The notes under the pieces: generated by a model
What the model was told of the DNA's origin: nothing
The model's input: the letters and a program-made list of their open reading frames with translations, nothing else
Databases searched by the model: none
Part shown: in pieces, positions 59,777-64,000 of the stretch
How the letters are laid out: the number at the start of each line of letters is the position of its first letter
How positions within the stretch are numbered: the first letter of the stretch is position 1
Source of the DNA: Mustelus asterias
Lineage: Eukaryota
DNA: 64,000 nucleotides
Direction: 5' to 3'
Assembly: GCF_964213995.1 (NCBI RefSeq)
Contig: NW_027590147.1
Location: 930,001-994,000, forward strand
Made by a program: the position numbers and the translations under genes

Positions 59777-60592
59777 AAGCCACTTCTTTTACCTTAAAAG
59801 AGGCCCACATCTGTGAGTAAAACACTTTCTTTTCTCCCCCTTTCCATTTATTTTCTCATTCTGGGGAAAATTGGGGACTTGCAGCAACTGAAGGGAAAGG
59901 AAGTGAATCCAGTCGGTATGTTCCACACATTGTTAGTCCAGTCAGATAGACATTTATCTGTCTGTCCACCTGCATGGAGATTTCCAGCTCCCTGTGTCCA
60001 GGACAGGAAGCCGTGAGCATGGATCTGTCAATCAGCCTCAATCAGCACCTTCAGGAGAATTGGTAGGGTGAATATTAGATACAGCAGAGTGAGAATGGAG
60101 GGAGAGTGTGTGGGATGGAGATTTACAGCTTTTGGGGAATGAGAGAGGAAAGAATGTTCCATAGAAACTGGAATAGTCTGTTCTGAATTTCTATCCTGTG
60201 CTGACATTGATGAATTTTTCAAACTCGTTTCAGGATATGAGGAGGTGAGGATTGACAGACCAAAATCTTGAAACAAACATCACATCAGCATCCGACACCC
60301 TCACTCAATTCATCCGGACCTGAATATTATCGGCCTTTGAATCTAGAAGGAGAAATGTTTCTCTGTTCTGTCTGCATCAACGGGCCTTTAATATCAATGT
60401 GACTGGAAAAGCACCAAGGCACAGATACACCCGAGTGAGAGTGTTCCAGTGAACTGAGTGTGGAAAGAGCTTTAACCAGTTACACAGCCTGAAAATACAT
60501 CGCAGCATTCACAGCAGGGAGAGACTGTACCCACATTCTGTGTGAGATTTAACTGATTGTTTAACCTGGAGAGTCACAAGGACACCCACACC

Positions 60593-61435
60593 ATGGAGAA
60601 ACCGTGGAAATGTGGGGAATGTGGAAAAAGATACAGAGCTCCTTGTAAATTGGAAATTCATCGACGTATTCACACCGGGGAGAGGCCATTCATCTGCTCT
60701 GTGTGTGGGCAGAGATTCACTCGGTTATATCATCTGCAGCGACATCGGCTGGTTCACACTGGAGAAAGAGCGTTCATCTGCTTTGAGTGTGGGAACGGAT
60801 TCGCTCATTTACCCGATCTGCAGAGACACCAGCGCGTTCACACTGGAGAGAGACCATTCACCTGCTTGGTGTGTGGGAAAGGATTTATGCAGTTATCCAA
60901 TCTGTCAAAACACAAAGTCACTCACAGCAATGAGAAACCCTTTAAATGCTCTGACTGTGGGAGTGGTTTCAAAAGCTCTCGGGAACTGATGATTCACCAG
61001 CGCATTCACACTGGGGAGAGACCGTTCAGCTGCTCTCACTGCTCAAAGAGATTTAGAACATCATCCCACCTGCGGATACACCAGCGAATTCACACTGGGG
61101 AGAGACCGTTCACCTGCTCTGTGTGTGGGAAGGGATTCACTCAGTCATCCAGCCTGCTGAACCACAATCTCACTCACACCAATGAGAGACCCTTTAAATG
61201 TTCTGACTGTGGAAGTGGTTTCAAAAGCTCTCGGGAACTGATGATTCACCAGTGCATTCACACTGAGGAGAGGCCGTTCAGCTGCTCTCACTGCACAAAG
61301 AGATTTAGAACATCATCCCACCTGCGGCAACACCAGCGAGTTCACACTGGGGAGAGACCGTTCACTTGCTGTGCGTGTGGGAAGGGATTCACTCAGTCAT
61401 CCAGCCTGCGGACACACCAGCAAGTTCACAAGTGA
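60593..61435 (+). CDS. C2H2 zinc-finger protein, 10 fingers
   Basis: Intact ORF, CACCATGG start; likely splice acceptor TTTCAG at about 60232; AATAAA at about 61702. Confidence 0.9.
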   Translation: MEKPWKCGECGKRYRAPCKLEIHRRIHTGERPFICSVCGQRFTRLYHLQRHRLVHTGERAFICFECGNGFAHLPDLQRHQRVHTGERPFTCLVCGKGFMQLSNLSKHKVTHSNEKPFKCSDCGSGFKSSRELMIHQRIHTGERPFSCSHCSKRFRTSSHLRIHQRIHTGERPFTCSVCGKGFTQSSSLLNHNLTHTNERPFKCSDCGSGFKSSRELMIHQCIHTEERPFSCSHCTKRFRTSSHLRQHQRVHTGERPFTCCACGKGFTQSSSLRTHQQVHK

Positions 61436-61845
61436 TGACGGGTTGGGTTCTGCTGTTATTCCTGCCATTAATCACATCCAGGAGTGAACCATGTTTATTC
61501 TTATAGTTGGTCAAGTGGAAGGGTAGGAGAGATTCTTTCTGCTGGACTGGCCGATCGCACGACTTTGCTTCCAGTGGGGCTAATGCTCTTTGAGACTGGG
61601 AGAGCACATTGCCACTGAAATGATCCACAAAAGCTGATAAAGGACATTTATTTTATCCTGGATAGTAAATAGTGTTTTTCCTACCACTACAGGTAGATCT
61701 GAAATAAATACAGAAAGGACTGGAAAAATGCAGCAGGTCTGGCAGCATCTCTGGAGAGAGAAACAGAGTTAACATTTCACACTGCTGGATTGGGAATTGA
61801 TCTAGTAAACCTCCTCTGAACTGCTTCCATGGTATTTATAAAATG

Positions 61846-62177
61846 GGGCAGCACGGTGGCACAGTGGTTAGCACTGCTGCCTCACAGCGCCAGGGACCCA
61901 GGTTCAATTCCTGGGTCCCTCGTCCGATTCACTGTCTGTGTGTTGTTTGGACATTCTCCCTGTGTCTGTGTGGGTTTCCTGCGGGTGCTCCATTTTGCTC
62001 CCACAGTCCAAAGATGTGCGGATTAGGTTGATTGGCTATGCTAAATTGACCCTTGTGTGAGGGGGATTAGCAGGGTAAATGTGTGGGGTTATGGGAATAG
62101 GGTCTGGGTGGGATGCTGTTTGGTACAGACTCAATGGGCAGAATGGCCTCTGTCTGTACTGCAGGGATCCTACGATC
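61846..62177 (+). mobile_element. V-SINE with CR1-type tail
   Basis: GGCAGCACGGTGGCACAGTGGTTAGCACTGCTGCC head and V-domain. Confidence 0.85.
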
Positions 62178-62760
62178 CTTTGTTTAATTGGAGACAAAAC
62201 TGCACCCAGTGTTCAAGATGCAGTTTCAGTAACGCCCTGTATAACTGAAGCAGAATATCTACTTCTCTGTTCAATTTCTCTCGTAATAAAGGATAGCATT
62301 CCATTTGTGAGAACTTTGATTTATTTGAACTAAGATTTATGGGGTTCTCTTGTTTACAATAACTCCATAACTGTAAATCACACCAGGTTCCAGTGACTTA
62401 ACCATGTGGCTAGAAAGAATACTTTAAACGGTGAATTCAGGAAGTTTATTAACCATTAAAAATGTAACAAGAAAGATAAAAAAGGAAAGTATCGATTAAC
62501 AATGAAAGGAGAAAGTTTAGCTTTAACAATTGAACATATGAACTTATGAAAGGTTATGGGGAGAAGGCAGGAACATGGGGATGAGGAGCATATCAGCCTT
62601 GATCGAATGATGGACCAGACTCAATGGGCTGAATGGTCTAATTCTGCTCCTATATGTTATGAACAGACTTCTCTCTATTCTTCTCAGACCAGGACATGAA
62701 GTGATGGCTCCGAAAACATGGATAACTTGTAAAATCAACAGCTCCCAACACCTCTCTGTA

Positions 62761-63296
62761 GGGCACAGTGGTTAGCACTGCTGCCTCACAGTGCCAGGGA
62801 CCCGGGTTCGACTCCCAGCTTGGGTCACTGTCTGCAGAGTCTGCATATTGTCCCCGTATCTGGGTGGGTTTCCTCCGGGTGCTCCGGTTTCCTCCCAAAG
62901 TCCGAAAGACGTGCTGGTTAGGTGCATTGGCCATGCTAAATTCTCCCTCAGTGTACCCGAACAGGCGCCCGAGTGTGGCAACTCGGGGATTTTCACAGTA
63001 ACTTCATTGCAATGTTAATGTAAGTCAACTTGTGACATTAATAAATGAAGTTCCTGGGAAAGTCCCCCAGTCACCGCACTCTGGCATCTGTTCGGGTAAC
63101 ACTGAGGGAGAATTTAGCATGGTCAATGCACCTAACCAGCACATCTTTCGGACTGTGGGAGGAAACCCGAGCTCCCGGAAGAAAACCAGGCAGACACGGG
63201 AACAACATGCAAAGTCCACAGAGTCTCCCAAGCCGGGAATCAAACCCAGGTCCCTGGCGCTGAGGCAGCAGTGCTAACCAGTGTGCCACCAGGCCA
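62761..63296. mobile_element. Two V-SINEs tail-to-tail (+ 62761-63045, - 63034-63296)
   Basis: Complete plus copy immediately followed by a reverse-complement copy of the same subfamily. Confidence 0.85.
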
Positions 63297-63522
63297 CCCT
63301 AACAAGTATTGTTATGTTTTTTCTATTCTGTTGGCCTCAGAAGGCAATATCTTATAATTCCCACACATTTTAACCATTCTTTATATCTTTATAATTCTAA
63401 ACGTCATAAACGTTTGTGTTCAAATTTACATTTCCAGCCTAACATCTGTATTAATGAATCATTTATTCTTTAATTGTCTCTCAATTCAGGCTGTCCATTT
63501 AACTAATCTCCTGCTTTACAAT

Positions 63523-64000
63523 TGTGGGAACTTCAGTCCACAAATAAGGTAGTAGAATGCATTGTTAAAAGCAGGATGTTCTTTATATAAATAAATAACA
63601 AACTTTAAAAAACAGTGGCAAACAAAAGGAAACAGGAGCATTGGAACCAGCCTGGACTTGCAGACTGAAACCCCGCCCAAAGCCCAGACGTGCTCAGAAG
63701 GGAGAGAGGTTGAGAAGAACACTCTGTAACACTTCTCCTCCCCTTAACTTTCAATCCCCCATCAGGACAGAAATACAACAAAGTAATGTCTTTCACAATA
63801 CGGAAGTCTGTCAGGAGCTTTGTGGTTGCATTGCGACCTGTACAATACCACTGGTAAATCTTGTAATGGTGGATCTGGAATGGGAGATGAAGAGGTAGTT
63901 TGAGAATCTGTACATGAACATTCCTCTTCCACTCCCACAGCAGAGTCAACTGGCAAAGCTGGAAACACAGGAACCACTTCCTGGTGAACATCCACAGCAG
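63523..64000 (-). mobile_element. Gypsy-like LTR element 3' end: integrase tail, PPT, 3' LTR
   Basis: VVLYRSQCNHKAPDRL resembles the LRRS.R..KAPDRL integrase tail; PPT AAGGGAGGAGAAG (63732-63744) then TGTTAC...CACA (63731-63523). Confidence 0.6.

Noticed and set aside
59800-60240. KRAB/SCAN/BTB-coding upstream exon
   Set aside because: No such motifs in any frame; the upstream module appears non-coding.

Overview
Eukaryotic, repeat-rich vertebrate DNA, almost certainly from a shark or other elasmobranch (inferred from the V-SINE/HE1-type SINEs and the CR1, L2, Rex1 and Penelope-like repeats). The window is a cluster of ten tandem C2H2 zinc-finger (ZNF) loci in different states of decay, plus orphan 5' modules. 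None has a visible KRAB, SCAN or BTB effector domain. Most are arranged head-to-head around paralogous CpG-island promoters carrying NRF1, NF-Y, YY1 and Sp1 motifs. Interspersed are one apparently intact full-length CR1 LINE, many LINE/SINE/LTR remnants, palindromic Penelope-like elements with minimal hammerhead-ribozyme motifs, and three tRNA (pseudo)genes. The most interesting signals are three. (1) The intact CR1 has an in-phase U_UUA_AAC slippery heptamer and a downstream G-tract at the ORF1/ORF2 junction, and ORF2 has no usable ATG, which suggests -1 ribosomal frameshifting. (2) In one divergent ZNF pair, each arm has a different tRNA gene placed just upstream of the same terminator/splice-donor block. 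(3) The ZNF start codons derive from a TGEKP-to-TMEKP linker change that lies downstream of a shared in-frame TGA. All calls are by eye; repeat boundaries are approximate.
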